NCBI RefSeq assembly: GCF_044704955.1
Contig: NC_091999.1
Location: 58,342,001 to 58,406,000, forward strand
DNA from: Pristiophorus japonicus
Lineage: Eukaryota
DNA length: 64,000 nt
Direction of reading: 5' to 3'
Shown: positions 48,689-63,947 of the stretch, piece after piece
Position numbering within the stretch: the first letter of the stretch is position 1
Layout of the letters: every line of letters begins with the position of its first letter
Notes under the pieces: model-generated
Database searches by the model: none
What the model saw: the letters and a program-made list of their open reading frames with translations, nothing else
What the model was told of the DNA's origin: nothing
Translations under genes and position numbers: made by a program

Positions 48689-49090
48689 TGTTAGATTTAA
48701 CTTCAAACCACCACTCGGAGATACAAGCTGGCAGGTGAGCTACCCTTGAAGGAATGCTCAGAGAAACTGCCAGAGACATCTTATTTTATAAAGTTTCAGA
48801 TTATAGTCTTACTTAATTACGCAAGTTACAATTAATACGTGCTGATTGATTAATACATGATTATCTGGTAGGTTGCTTCCTCCAATCTGGCCTCTATATA
48901 CTTTAATTAGTAATTCAGGATACGTGTTGCTATGATTCTTTTTATTTAACTTGTATCGTATTACAGAATTCAAATTCGATGTTTTCTGTGTCTGTGCCCA
49001 GCTCCCAAGGCCTTTGGTCTACGCATTGGAACATCTGACCCTCTGCGGAAGGCATCCCACACATGCTTCCCATTGATTGAAAAACAGGCT
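48689..49090 (-). mobile_element. Candidate 5' LTR of retroelement A
   Basis: Ends in CA just before the PBS; TATAAAA on minus near 48784-48790. No partner LTR in the window; left end uncertain. Confidence 0.35.
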
Positions 49091-49169
49091 GTGGGATCCA
49101 TTTTAAAAATCTGCTAACTCTCCAAACATCTCAATTATTATTATTAATTGTAATTACAATTTTTGTTCT

Positions 49170-50640
49170 GCCCTTTCAATCTATTATGGGGTATCTTATC
49201 GAAGGCTTTTGGAAATCTAGATAAATTACATCTACTACATTACGTTAGTTTACGCTATCTGTTACTTCTTCGAAAAATTCAAAGAATTTGGTCAATTCAA
49301 GACTTTCCCTTTTATAATCCATGCTGACTATTCATTTTTGGTTTCTAGTTGTTCTTCCACCTTCTCCTTTAGTAGGAAATCCATTATTTTTACTCCCAAC
49401 GACGTTAAGTTGACTGTACTCTAGTTCCTCAGACACGTTCTACCTCACTACTTATAAATAGGTATTACATTCGTTATCTGCCAATCCTCCGGCACTGCAC
49501 TTTATTCGAACGAAATATTGAATATGTTTATTAATGCCTCTGCTATCTCTTCCCTCGATGCAATTTGTCCGAAGCCGGCATTTTATCCAATTTCGGTTTG
49601 ATTAGTTTATATAATATTTTCCCTCTTGTTATTTTAAATGCATTTATTTCATTTCTAATATCATCCAATGTCATGTCCACCTGTGTTGACTCCCTGATAA
49701 ATACTGATGCAATGTAATTGTTTAATATTTCTTCCTATCTCTGCCTGTGGACAACCTTATGAGCGACGTACCTTGGTATGTATTGTGGATGTCCTCCACG
49801 CAATCTTTATCCTTATCGTTGGGCAGGAGCAGTATCTCATTCTCAGCCTCTCCTCAGTTATCGCTACACGGCACCCAATACACCACGGACTTTCCTGAAC
49901 CTGCGTTTTTCTGTGGGATGTGACTGTTTTCTGGATTATATCACTTATCCTGTGTGTTTCAGAGTGTGTCGAACTCGCACCCCAGCCCAATTGCGCTGAG
50001 CCAGAGTGAATAAAGCAGAGACATTTCCTGCAGATGTGGGAAAGTGGGACAGATTTGATGTCCACAAACTCATACACACTACAGTCTCGACTCATTGCCT
50101 ACCGTGCCATCTTTAGTTATTTTTTTATAAATTTATTTGCTTATTTACACACTGAATTAATTTAATTACTTAGTTTTTATTCAATGGTTATTTATAATGA
50201 TATTAATTAATTAGTAATTATAGTTAAATTATTAATTTAATAAAGTATTGTTATTGCTCCCAGGTCTTAGTGTAGACCAAGCTTCGAGAAAAAAGGTAAT
50301 ACTCACCAAACGTTCATCGACCGGCTGTAATTTGGAGGCCAAAGCAGCACCTCCTTCAACCACTGTTCCCATTCAAACTCTCACCAAATTCCGTTTAATA
50401 TCACTGTGCATAACACACTGAGAAGCACAAGTCAGTGTTTAGTTTTATATCTTTGGAGCCACACACAAATTACAAGTGCTGTCTCAGCTCCATGCCCATT
50501 GCTGGCAGTAATTAGCACATATTTCAGACTAACACTTACAGCTGACTGGTGGTTAACTACCACTAACAGGCAGTTTCTGCTAATTTCTGTATTTAAAGTT
50601 CTAAGTTCAATTCAAAACGTTAATCTAAATTTCCCTTCTT
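49170..50640 (-). mobile_element. Internally deleted CR1-group LINE (5' UTR + ORF1 zinc-finger start joined to RT)
   Basis: ORF 49757-50095 DCSVYEFVD...HICRKCL; RT remnant (QHG..KGKS..TKF.EFFEEVT) at 49250-49330. Confidence 0.7.
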
Positions 50641-50644
50641 ACAG

Positions 50645-51960
50645 CTAATATTCAGCTAGACTCACCACGGACTTACCACCGAATCTCACTTTCCCTCCGT
50701 TCCCATGTTGACTACTCTCTTTGTGCACTCCGTTTAAGATCAGGACGTGATGATGGAGTAAACTCTGGCATGGTCTGCTGGGCCGAAAGGGTCGGGGTGA
50801 GGAAGGTCGCTCTGTAAATTTGCAGTCCACAGGCAGACGGGCTGCTAACTTTTGTTTTGTTTGAGTATCTATCTCTCCTCTGTAGCAGGCAAGTATTATT
50901 GCATCGCCTTTCTTCATTTTATTTTTATTCTGACTATCCCACCATGTCCTCTGTCTGTCGGGTGAGTCTTCTTTCTTTTATTAAGAAATCCAAACTGATA
51001 AGGTCCAGTATAAATAAAACAGCTGTCAATGGAATGGGTTAATTCCACTACAGGTTTGTAAGAAGGTCTGACGTAATTACGTGACTTCGGGTATTCATCT
51101 GAAAATATTTCCCCAAGTCTTTGTGCTTTGAAAACTTGATAAGAAATTAGGAATCCGTTAAAATAGCAGAAATTATTAGTAAAGTTGTCATAATAAAACC
51201 TTTTCATCAGGAAAGGCAGCATTTTAGATTAAACTCCAATTTCTCTACACATCCAATTCAAATACTTGCCAACGAGTTTTTCATTGATTTAAAGCGAGAC
51301 CACACATTTTTAATAGCTATTCTGTTTACAGAAATCCAATTTCCACGCAATCTATATACATTCCAGCAGTTTGGTTTTTTTACGATCCCGTTCACTGAGC
51401 AAATCTTGTGTTTTATTTCTCTCAGCACAAAATCTAAACTTCGGTGCCGGTCCATCTTTTTTAAGAATTCTGTAACTCCCAGTTTTTTCTTTCTGTGCTG
51501 AGTTCGCCTAGCTTACTACTTTTCCCCCTTTTGAATCGGAACTTAATCATTTTTTGATGACCTTACTCCAGTCCATCGTTAAACATCGTTGTTTCTCTTT
51601 CTCAGCACAAAGCTTTGTCGGGTTTAACTCGTAAGTTTTTATATTTAAACCAATATCTTTTTCACAGCCAATTTAAATCTCATTTCTTCAAATTCGTTTT
51701 TGTAATTTGATGATCTTCCTCCAGTCCATTTTCCTCAACATCTTTGTTTCTCTTTCAAGCTGCTGCAGCTTTCAAGTTCGCATTTGTATCTTTTGGTAAA
51801 AACTAACTGTCCTTTGTAAATTCAATTTGCTTTTCCAACATTTTTCTTTTCTTTTAATAATTTTCCATTTATTTTAGCTTGCATTTTATCCCACTGGCCA
51901 GTTTTCCTAGGATCCTGGGGTCCCACCCCACTTTTTAGCTTGAATTCCTTCTTGCTTACA
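50645..51960 (-). other. Degenerate purine-rich ORF remnant downstream of env B (possibly gag-like)
   Basis: Strong minus-strand A/G bias, coiled-coil-like fragments and short ORFs 50645-51455; no diagnostic motif. Confidence 0.3.
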
Positions 51961-52049
51961 CTACACACGATCAATACCAGCTTCACTGTGTTATTACCAT
52001 GTCACGCTTCAAGTCATACGCCGTATATTTCCTCTAACGATCGCTGGGG

Positions 52050-53130
52050 TACATTCTCCCTTTAGTTGTATTCCTTCTTTTTCAGGCAATACACCTATCC
52101 CACCCTTGGTTTTCAGCCTTCTGTGGTTCGTTATAACTTGTCCTGCAGCTTACCCCTTCGAATTCTTTATACAGATCACCTCCTTCCCCGTCAATGCTAC
52201 AGCCATGTTGCTCCTTTCAGAGTACAACACTGCTTATCTGGTGCTATCCAAGTTCCTCCCTTCTGAATCAGATATCTTGGATATTCCTCACACTGTTTAT
52301 GGATCGGACCTAACTCAGTCTTCCACCCTTGCAAATGATTCTACCCGATACACCGTCCAAGGTTTCGTTTCATTTCTATTTTTCCTCAGCAAAGGCAAGA
52401 CCAATCCCACTGGTCTAATATCTTCACTTCTTTCTCCTTCCTTGGGGGACAAATCCCCATTCCTATTGGCTGCATCACATCAAAGCCTATGACTTGGTTC
52501 CCCGAAACCTTTTTCTCAGTTGTCCTTCATGAATAAACAAAGGAATTTGATTACTCTCTCTCTTGTCTAGTCCCTTCTGTACCACATTCATCATAAATGT
52601 CACAGAGGCTACACACAATACCACCAGTAAGCCACATCGTGTTCCCATTCACTTTCTGTATCTATTCTGTTTACTCCTGCTAACCTTGCTGTGGCTCCTA
52701 TTCTGAGCTATCCTGTCAGCTGTCACTTTACTGTCGATTTAAACAGCTTCTCCTTGTTTTCCCCATCTTCCTCATCCCTTGGTTCCTGTGTTCTATTCTT
52801 TACTAACACATCCTTTACTAATTCTCTTCCAATTTTGTCTATTAACTGTGAATATCTCCCTTCACATAATCTAGTTGATAGATTCAAGCTCATGTTTAAA
52901 TCTTTTGATTTCAATTCACAATTTAAAAACACACATTGTTATATAATACATTTCCTGATTCAGTTACTTCTAGTCCATAAAATGTGGGTTCTTTTACTGA
53001 ATGGGACAGGTCGAGTCTTTTTGTGAGGTGGGATGTCATTTTATTTAAGTCCCACATATGATGATCACTATCAGCGTTTGTACTTGGCAAACCAATAGTT
53101 AACATTACTGATCAACATACGACATTTCTT
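52050..53130 (-). mobile_element. Env-like fusion glycoprotein remnant of retroelement B
   Basis: GLEVTESGNVLYNNV; VK*QLTG*LRIGATARLAGVNRIDTES (KR|fusion peptide, with stops explained by CGA>TGA and TGG>TAG); VGLVLPLL..NETKPWTVYRVES; CEEYPRYLIQKGG.WIAPD..CTLKGATWL. Confidence 0.6.
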
Positions 53131-54774
53131 ACTTTAAAATAACCTGCTGTCATTACCTTTTAAGTTTGTATTGAAGTATGACATAATGTTCTTGAATTAC
53201 TTATTGTCCTGGTGTGATACTAACTCTTTAAGTGAACACTATTAATTTAGTGTTTGGGGTCAGGATGTGTCCCAACCCACCTGGTTCAGGGGAGTCTTCC
53301 TGGTCTCCCAATCTTTCCAAGGAGCAGGCTTTAGGGTTCTTTCTCTATTACCACTAAAATTATGCTTTTGAGGGTCTATACCTCGGTTTATCACGATTCC
53401 AAAACTATCCCTTTTGAGGTCCTCTGCTTCCTGTTGGAGATGGCCTCTCACTTGGATTCATGTTTTGGTATGGAGCCTGTGAGTTCTGGCCTCTTTATCT
53501 CCCACCTTCAGCTTGTAGCTGATCTGTACACAGCCATGGCCACCTTGTCCAGACAAAGACAGGCTGGCTTTTTTTGTTTTTAGCCTCTCTACAAGCTTTC
53601 TTTGTACAGTACTTAGTGGAGGCCTTGAAACTGACGACCATTCTAGCTGTGAGGAAATCCTAATTTGATCAGCATTCTCGCCACTGTTAATTCTAATGCC
53701 TCTGACATGTAGCAGTGTGTTTAACTCCATCCTGATTATTTCAAAGTCGCTTTTTCTATGGAGAATGTGTCACGGCCTTGATGGTTTAAAAAGTTCTCTC
53801 ACTCTCCTGAGCCACATTAGCCATTTCATGTTGTGCTGTTGTCGATAACGGAGCATGCCTGAGACTCGTTCACGCACACACGCAGCGGTATCACAGTATC
53901 ATGCCCAATGGGACATCTGATCCAAGCCATTTGAGGTGTACTTATCAAAAGATCGTGGGGTGTCTGAAGATCTTTGCTCATCTCCCTCTGCACAGTCCCG
54001 ATGTCTGGGGTAGTGGCCAGGCGATCAAATTCAGTTTTCTTATTGTTCAGTGTAGGCAATGACACAAACATCTGAGAGAGAAATCTTAGCAATTTCCTAC
54101 ACTTCCCTGACTTTAACAAGAATTTACATTAACACCAGATTGTACCCAGGTGATTTATGACAATGAGTTAAGAAACATTTCTATTTGGAGGTGTAACTTT
54201 CCTGTTTTCCTCGTATATCCTCACTCATTTCCTCTCATTACATTTTATACAGTGTTCACCATTTCATTCATGAGCCCGGAGGAACTTTACTGTCTAATAC
54301 AATATTATCATACTGTCTTTAAACATCGATCAAATAATCCCACTTGGTTCAAGTTTTGACCCAGTTTCTTTGTTTAATTTTATTTAACCAAACCTCTTCT
54401 TGGACCTTTTATTCTCCAAAATATGCCAGAGAGCAATTCAGTCGACAAGAGGAAGGATGTTAGTTACCTTTAGCATAACAGTCACCCCCAAAAACTTATT
54501 TCTGAATACATAGTTTGGACAGAACCACAGAGACGGGACCTTTTCAAAAATAAAACTTAATGATCTCAATTTTCAGCTAAATTTTCCTTCCCATGTGTTT
54601 GACCAGCGACGCTTTGCAATACATATATATATATATATAAAATCAGTATTAATTTCACAAACAAATTATGCCCAGACATGGTCATTTTACCAAGAAACAA
54701 AAGTAACAATTGCGTTTGAATGCAAGTCATTTATCTTCCCCTTCGAGCAGTGTGACTTGGACAATAGGATTTCA

Positions 54775-55350
54775 TCGGATATACGACACAGAAACTGGCC
54801 ATTCGGCCCAACCAGTCCATGCCGGCGTTTATGCTCCACTCGAGCCTCCTCCCTTCTTTCCTCATCTAACTCTATCCACATAACCCTCGATTCCCTTCTC
54901 CCTCATATACTTGTCTAGCCTCCCCTTAAATGCATCGATACTATTCGCTTCAACCACTCCCTGTGGCAGCGAGTTCCACATTCTCACCACTCTCTGGGTA
55001 GAGGTTTCTTCTTAATTCCCTATTTGATTTCTTGGTGACTATCTTATGTTGATGGCCTCTAATTATGCTGGTCCCCACAAGTGGAAACACTGTATCTACT
55101 CTATCAAAACCTTTCATCATTTTAAAGACATTAGGTCACCCCTCAGCCTTTTTTTTTCAAGAGAAGATAGACCCGGCCTGTCCATCCTTTCCCGATAGGT
55201 ATACGATCGCCTTTATGGTATCATCCTTGTAAATCTTCTCTGCACCCTCTCCAGTGCCTCCATATCATTTTTATAATATGGTGACCAGAATTGCACGCAC
55301 AAAGTCTAACCAAGGTTCGATATAAGTTTAGCATAACTTCACCACTTTTC
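54775..55350 (-). mobile_element. CR1 3' fragment (duplicated at ~59001-59577)
   Basis: ggccattcggccc 3' UTR and a reverse-strand RVVRMWNSLP region. Confidence 0.85.
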
Positions 55351-56486
55351 CATTCTACAACAATTCAATTCAATAACAATCAATCCCAATAATTTAACTC
55401 AATACTTTAAATTCTTGAGTCCAACTTTGTGACCATGCTGCGTAATTCGATGTCTGCAGATAACTGGAGATAATTTTGTTTTAACTGCTGGATCTTTTGC
55501 AATGCCATCAACCTCTTATCCAACTGGAACTGGCATTTCCTGATATGGTCGTCTTTGGCTACGGCATAGTCCAGAGACACAAGTCTGCATTTTCTTCAAC
55601 ATACATCAACAATGTTGGAAGCACTAGTCTTCCTGTGATAAGCACAAACCACTAGTCTTTGAACTCTTCTTATTCACGCATAATATTTCTAATCTAAACA
55701 TTCTATGATGAAAATATCCACAGCCAGTTGGGTGCAAACACCAACTGTTGCTCAGTGAAATCTCTCTCTAATGATAACAACCACATTTTCCCCGATATGG
55801 AATGAACTAAACATGAACACCTTTCAGAAGCTGAATTAACCAAGTTCCCTATGCCAAGTCCCCTCTCATCTTCCATTCACTTCAACTGAAAGGAAAATGC
55901 CAGGTTTTATCAGTCAGGATTTGAAAGATATTTACAACAGATGGTAGATATTCTTAGAGTCAGCATCGTTCTCTATTCTGTCTACTCGAGGAGATTGATA
56001 ACAGACTTTCTCCTGTGAATGTGGAGCTGGAATATTGGGCCGGGATGTATTTACTTGTTCATCTTGTTGACTCGAAACCGTTGGCAATTATTTGATGTGA
56101 TCTGTATTCTCTTAAATACATTTCCTGAGTGGATTCAAATTTAAATTAAACCCAGGTTTGCAGGCGTGATGCTCCATTCACACATCGAAGGTGAGAGAGA
56201 TGCTGTTGGACAGACACTAAGTCCAGTATCTGAAAGTGATTCACAGACTGGGTTTTGTGTTCAGTGATCCCAGGCATGTTACCGACACCTTTCCTCAATG
56301 CCAAGGCTAGGAGAGGCACACTGGAAGGGAAGGGGAACTGGCATTTTTCCACGAGAGTAACCGAAGGTATGAGAAGTGAAATAATTCAGAGTTAGAAAGG
56401 AGAAAAGGCGCCAAAATGGTGCAGTCAGTAACAGGACATCAATTAGTCTCCTCTTATCTTGGAACATTAAATATCGACACACTCTG

Positions 56487-57580
<1,094 letters not shown>

Positions 57581-60500
57581 GCAAAAGGAGTTTACAAAAG
57601 TAAGTACAGAATCGAAATTCAGAAGAGACAATTCTAGTTTCTATGGAACATTCTTTCCTTCGGCCGTGTGGTTTTAAGTATTGTCTTAATAAAAATAATA
57701 AAGAGGGAGAAGGTAGATTGAGAGTAAACTGGCAAGAAATATAAATACAGTCAAAGCTTCTACAGATATATAAAAAGGAAGAGACAGGCTGGCTTTTTTT
57801 GTTTTTAGCCTCTCTACAAGCTTTCTTTGTACAGTACTTAGTGGAGGCCTTGAAACTGACGACCATTCTAGCTGTGAGGAAATCCTAATTTGATCAGCAT
57901 TCTCGCCACTGTTAATTCTAATGCCTCTGACATGTAGCAGTGTGTTTAACTCCATCCTGATTATTTCAAAGTCGCTTTTTCTATGGAGAATGTGTCACGG
58001 CCTTGATGGTTTAAAAAGTTCTCTCACTCTCCTGAGCCACATTAGCCATTTCATGTTGTGCTGTTGTCGATAACGGAGCATGCCTGAGACTCGTTCACGC
58101 ACACACGCAGCGGTATCACAGTATCATGCCCAATGGGACATCTGATCCAAGCCATTTGAGGTGTACTTATCAAAAGATCGTGGGGTGTCTGAAGATCTTT
58201 GCTCATCTCCCTCTGCACAGTCCCGATGTCTGGGGTAGTGGCCAGGCGATCAAATTCAGTTTTCTTATTGTTCAGTGTAGGCAATGACACAAACATCTGA
58301 GAGAGAAATCTTAGCAATTTCCTACACTTCCCTGACTTTAACAAGAATTTACATTAACACCAGATTGTACCCAGGTGATTTATGACAATGAGTTAAGAAA
58401 CATTTCTATTTGGAGGTGTAACTTTCCTGTTTTCCTCGTATATCCTCACTCATTTCCTCTCATTACATTTTATACAGTGTTCACCATTTCATTCATGAGC
58501 CCGGAGGAACTTTACTGTCTAATACAATATTATCATACGGTCTTTAAACATCGATCAAATAATCCCACTTGGTTCAAGTTTTGACCCAGTTTCTTTGTTT
58601 AATTTTATTTAACCAAACCTCTTCTTGGACCTTTTATTCTCCAAAATATGCCAGAGAGCAATTCAGTCTACAAGAGGAAGGATGTTAGTTACCTTTAGCA
58701 TAACAGTCACCCCCAAAAACTTATTTCTGAATACATAGTTTGGACAGAACCACAGAGACGGGACCTTTTCAAAAATAAAACTTAATGATCTCAATTTTCA
58801 GCTAAATTTTCCTTCCCATGTGTTTGACCAGCGACGCTTTGCAATACATATATATATATATATAAAATCAGTATTAATTTCACAAACAAATTATGCCCAG
58901 ACATGGTCATTTTACCAAGAAGACAAAAGTAACAATTGCGTTTGAATGCAAGTCATTTATCTTCCCCTTCGAGCAGTGTGACTTGGACAATAGGATTTCA
59001 TCGGATGTACGACACAGAAACTGGCCATTCGGCCCAACCAGTCCATGCCGGCGTTTATGCTCCACTCGAGCCTCCTCCCTTCTTTCCTCATCTAACTATA
59101 TCCACATAACCCTCGATTCCCTTCTCCCTCATATACTTGTCTAGCCTCCCCTTAAATGCATCGATACTATTCGCTTCAACCCCTCCCTGTGGCAGCGAGT
59201 TCCACATTCTCACCACTCTCTGGGTAGAGGTTTCTTCTTAATTCCCTATTTGATTTCTTGGTGACTATCTTATGTTGATGGCCTCTAATTATGCTGGTCC
59301 CCACAAGTGGAAACACTGTATCTACTCTATCAAAACCTTTCATCATTTTAAAGACATTAGGTCACCCCTCAGCCTTTTTTTTTCAAGAGAAGATAGACCC
59401 GGCCTGTCCATCCTTTCCCGATAGGTATACGATCGCCTTTATGGTATCATCCTTGTAAATCTTCTCTGCACCCTCTCCAGTGCCTCCATATCATTTTTAT
59501 AATATGGTGACCAGAATTGCACGCACAAAGTCTAACCAAGGTTCGATATAAGTTTAGCATAACTTCACCACTTTTCCATTCTACAACAATTCAATTCAAT
59601 AACAATCAATCCCAATAATTTAACTCAATACTTTAAATTCTTGAGTCCAACTTTGTGACCATGCTGCGTAATTCGATGTCTGCAGATAACTGGAGATAGT
59701 TTTGTTTTAACTGCTGGATCTTTTGCAATGCCATCAACCTCTTATCCAACTGGAACTGGCATTTCCTGATATGGTCGTCTTTGGCTACGGCATAGTCCAG
59801 AGACACAAGTCTGCATTTTCTTCAACATACATCAACAATGTTGGAAGCACTAGTCTTCCTGTGATAAGCACAAACCACTAGTCTTTGAACTCTTCTTATT
59901 CACGCATAATATTTCTAATCTAAACATTCTATGATGAAAATATCCACAGCCAGTTGGTTGCAAACACCAACTGTTGTTCAGTGACATCTCTCTCTAATGA
60001 TAACAACCACATTTTCCCCGATATGGAATGAACTAAACATGAACACCTTTCAGAAGCTGAATTAACCAAGTTCCCTATGCCAAGTCCCCTCTCATCTTCC
60101 ATTCACTTCAACTGAAAGGAAAATGCCAGGTTTTATCAGTCAGGATTTGAAAGATATTTACAACAGATGGTAGATATTCTTAGAGTCAGCATCGTTCTCT
60201 ATTCTGTCTACTCGAGGAGATTGATAACAGACTTTCTCCTGTGAATGTGGAGCTGGAATATTGGGCCGGGATGTATTTACTTGTTCATCTTGTTGACTCG
60301 AAACCGTTGGCAATTATTTGATGTGATCTGTATTCTCTTAAATACATTTCCTGAGTGGATTCAAATTTAAATTAAACCCAGGTTTGCAGGCGTGATGCTC
60401 CATCCACACATCGAAGGTGAGAGAGATGCTGTTGGACAGACACTAAGTCCAGTATCTGAAAGTGATTCACAGACTGGGTTTTGTGTTCAGTGATCCCAGG

Positions 60501-60712
60501 CATGTAACCGACACCTTTCCTCAATGCCAAGGCTAGGAGAGGCACACTGGAAGGGAAGGGGAACTGGCATTTTTCCACGAGAGTAACCGAAGGTATGAGA
60601 AGTGAAATAATTCAGAGTTAGAAAGGAGAAAAGGCGCCAAAATGGTGCAGTCAGTAACAGGACATCAATTAGTCTCCTCTTATCTTGGAACATTAAATAT
60701 CGACACACTCTG

Positions 60713-61806
60713 TTACTGAAACATCAAAATATTATATTCCAGCCCAATTATAGGGTTATTATCAGCAGAAACTAACTTCAACTGTCGTAATGGACACGAT
60801 TCAGTCGGGATGTGATTAACAGCTGCAATGATAGCAGAATCCAACCCCTGCAGCCACTTGTGAACTTGCAGGTGTCTCAGCAGGTGGGATGACACAGTGA
60901 ATCGCTTCCCACACTCCGAGCAGGTGAACGGCCTCTCCCCAGTGTGAACTCGCTGGTGTATCATCAGGCTGGATGAATGAGTAAATCGCTTCCCACACTC
61001 TGAGCAGGTGAAAAGCCTCTCCCCGGTGTGAACTCGCTGGTGTATCACCAGGCTGGATGACTGAGTGAATCGCTTCCCACACTCTGAGCAGGTGAACGGC
61101 ATCTCGCCAGTGTGAACCCGCTGGTTTGTCAGCAGGTGGGATGACACACTGAATCCCTTCCCACCTTCAGAGCAGGTGAATGGCCTCTCCCCAATGTGAA
61201 CTCGCTAGTGTATCAGCAGGATGGATGACTGAGTGAATCCCTTCCCACATTCAAAGCAGGTGAAAGGCCTCTCCCCAGTGTGAACAAGCTGGTGTTTCAC
61301 CAGGCTGGATGACTGAGTGAATGGCTTCCCCCACATTGGGCAGGTGAACGGCCTCTCCCCAGTGTGACTGTGTTGATGAACTTGCAGCGCAGACGGGCAG
61401 CTGAATCCCTTCCCACAGTCCCCACATTTCCACGGTTTCTCCGTGGTGCGGGTGTGCTTCCGTCTCTCCAGGTTGGACGATCAGTTGAAGCCTCCTCCAC
61501 ACACAACACATTTACTGTTTCTCCCCGCTGTGAATGGTGCAATGGTTTTTCAGGCTGTGTAACTGGTTAAAGCTCTTTCCACAATCAGTGCACTGATACA
61601 CTCTCCCTCGGGTGTGTGGGTCTCTGCTTTTTTAGTCACATTGATGTTTGTAATCTTTACCCACAGACAAAACAAAAAAACATTTCTACTTCCACATTTA
61701 AAGGCTGATGATATTCAAGTCCTGATGAATCGAGTGACTCTATCTGATCTTGACGTGACGTTTAGTTTGAGTTTCCCTCCTTCAAATCCTCCCCTTCTAA
61801 CACCCT
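60713..61806 (-). pseudogene. Tandem C2H2 zinc-finger pseudogene exon, copy 2
   Basis: Same lesions as copy 1. Confidence 0.9.
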
Positions 61807-61904
61807 GCAAAAGGAGTTTACAAAAGTAAGTACAGAATCGAAATTCAGAAGAGACAATTCTAGTTTCTATGGAACATTCTTTCCTTCGGCCGTGTGGTTT
61901 TAAG

Positions 61905-63810
61905 TATTGTCTTAATAAAAATAATAAAGAGGGAGAAGGTAGATTGAGAGTAAACTGGCAAGAAATATAAAAACAGTCAAAGCTTCTACAGATATATAAC
62001 AAGGAAGAGATAGGTAAAATAAACTTTAGTCCCTTAGAGGATGAGACGGGGAATTAATAATGAGAAACAGGGAAATGACGGAGACTTTAAACAAATATTT
62101 TGTATGGTGTTCACGGTGGAAGACACTAAAAGCATCCCAATAATAATAGATAATCAAGGGGTCACAGGGAGCGAGGAACTTAAAACAATCACTATCACAA
62201 GAGAAAAAGTACCAGACAAACTATTGTGACTAAAGTTGGACGTCCCCTGGACTTGATGGCCTGCATCCTGGGGTCTTAAAAGAAGTGGCTGCAGAGAAAG
62301 TGGATGGATTGGTTGTAATCGACCAAAATTCCCTGGATTCTGGCAAGGTCCCAGTGGATTGGAAAACCTCAAATGCAACACCCCAATTCAACAAGGGAGG
62401 GAGGGAGACAGAAAGCAGGAAACTATAGAGCAGTTAGACTAACATCTATCATTGGGAAAATGCTGGAGTCCATTATGAAGTAAATAGTAGCAGGACATTA
62501 AGAAAATCATAATAGTCAAGCAGAGACGGCATGGTTTTATGAAAGGGAAATCACGTTTGACAAACTTGCTCGAGTTCTTTGAGGATGTAACGAGCACGGT
62601 GGATGAAGAGGAACCAGTAGCAGTGGTGTATTTGCATTTCCAGAAGGCATTCGATAAGGTGCCAGATAAAAGGTTACTGCACAATATAAGAGCTCACGGG
62701 GTTGGGGGTAATATATTAGCATAAATTTTGGATTGGCTAACTAACAGAAAACAGAGAGTCGGAAAAATGTGTCATTTTCAGGTTGGCAAACTGTAACTAG
62801 TGGGGTGCCACAGGGATCAGTGTTGGGGCCTCAACTAATTACAACCTATATTAATGACTTGGATGAAGGGACGGAGTGCACTGCAGCCAAATATGCCTCT
62901 GATACAAAGATAGGTGGGAAAGCAAGTTGTGAGGAGGACACAAAGATTCAGCAAAGGATTATGGACAGGCTCAGTGAGTGGGCAAAAATTTGGCAGATGG
63001 AGTATAATGAGGGAAAATGTGAGGTTATGCACTTTGGTTGGAAGAATAAAAAAGCAAATTATTATTTAAATGGCGACTACAAAATGCTGCGGGACAGAGG
63101 GGATCTGGGGGTCCTTGTGCATGAAACACAAAAAGTTAGCATGCAGGTACAGCAAGTAATCAGGAAGGTAAATGCAATGTTGGCCTTTATTGAAGAGGAA
63201 TGGAGTATAAAAGTAGAGAAGTCTTGCTACAACTGTACAGGGTGTTCGTGAGACCACACCTGGAGTACTGCGTACAGTTTTGGTTTCCTTATTTAAGGAG
63301 GATATACTTGCATTGGAGGAAGTTCAGAGAAGCTCACGAGGTTGATTCCTGAGATGAAGGGGTTGTCTTATGAAGTAAGATTGAGCATGTTGGGCTTGTA
63401 CTCATTGCAGTTTCGAAGAATGAGAGGTGAACTTATTGAAACGTGAAAGATTCTGAGGGGGCTTGACAGGGTAGATGCAGAGAGGATGTTTCACCTCGTG
63501 GGGGAATCTAGAACTAGGGTGCATAGTTTTAGAATAAGGTGTCGCCCATTTAAAACGGAGATGCGGAGGAATTTCTTCCCTGAGGGTCGTGAATCTTTGG
63601 AATTCTCTCCCCCAGAGAGCTGTGGAGGCTGAGTCAGTCAATATATTTAAAGCGGAGATAGACAGATTTTTGCATAATAGGGGAGTCAAGAGTTATGGGG
63701 AGCAGGCAGGAAAGTGGAGTTGAGGTCAAGATCACATCAACCATGATTTTATTGAATGGCAGAGCAGGCTCGAGGGATACAATGGCCTACTTCTGCTCCT
63801 ATTTCTTATT
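61905..63810 (+). mobile_element. CR1 LINE ORF2/3' UTR fragment
   Basis: KGKSRLTNLLEFFEDVT and GVPQGSVLGP motifs; 3' UTR ggcctacttctgctcct. Confidence 0.92.
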
Positions 63811-63947
63811 GTTAATCTGTGAACCTTGACCTGAACATTCCAAAATGTTACTGATTTTGAGGAATAGACAAAATATCTAAGCATTGATAAATGCATCATC
63901 TCACATCTCCAACTGAGCTAACCTGCTCTAACTATGTCAGTATTTGT

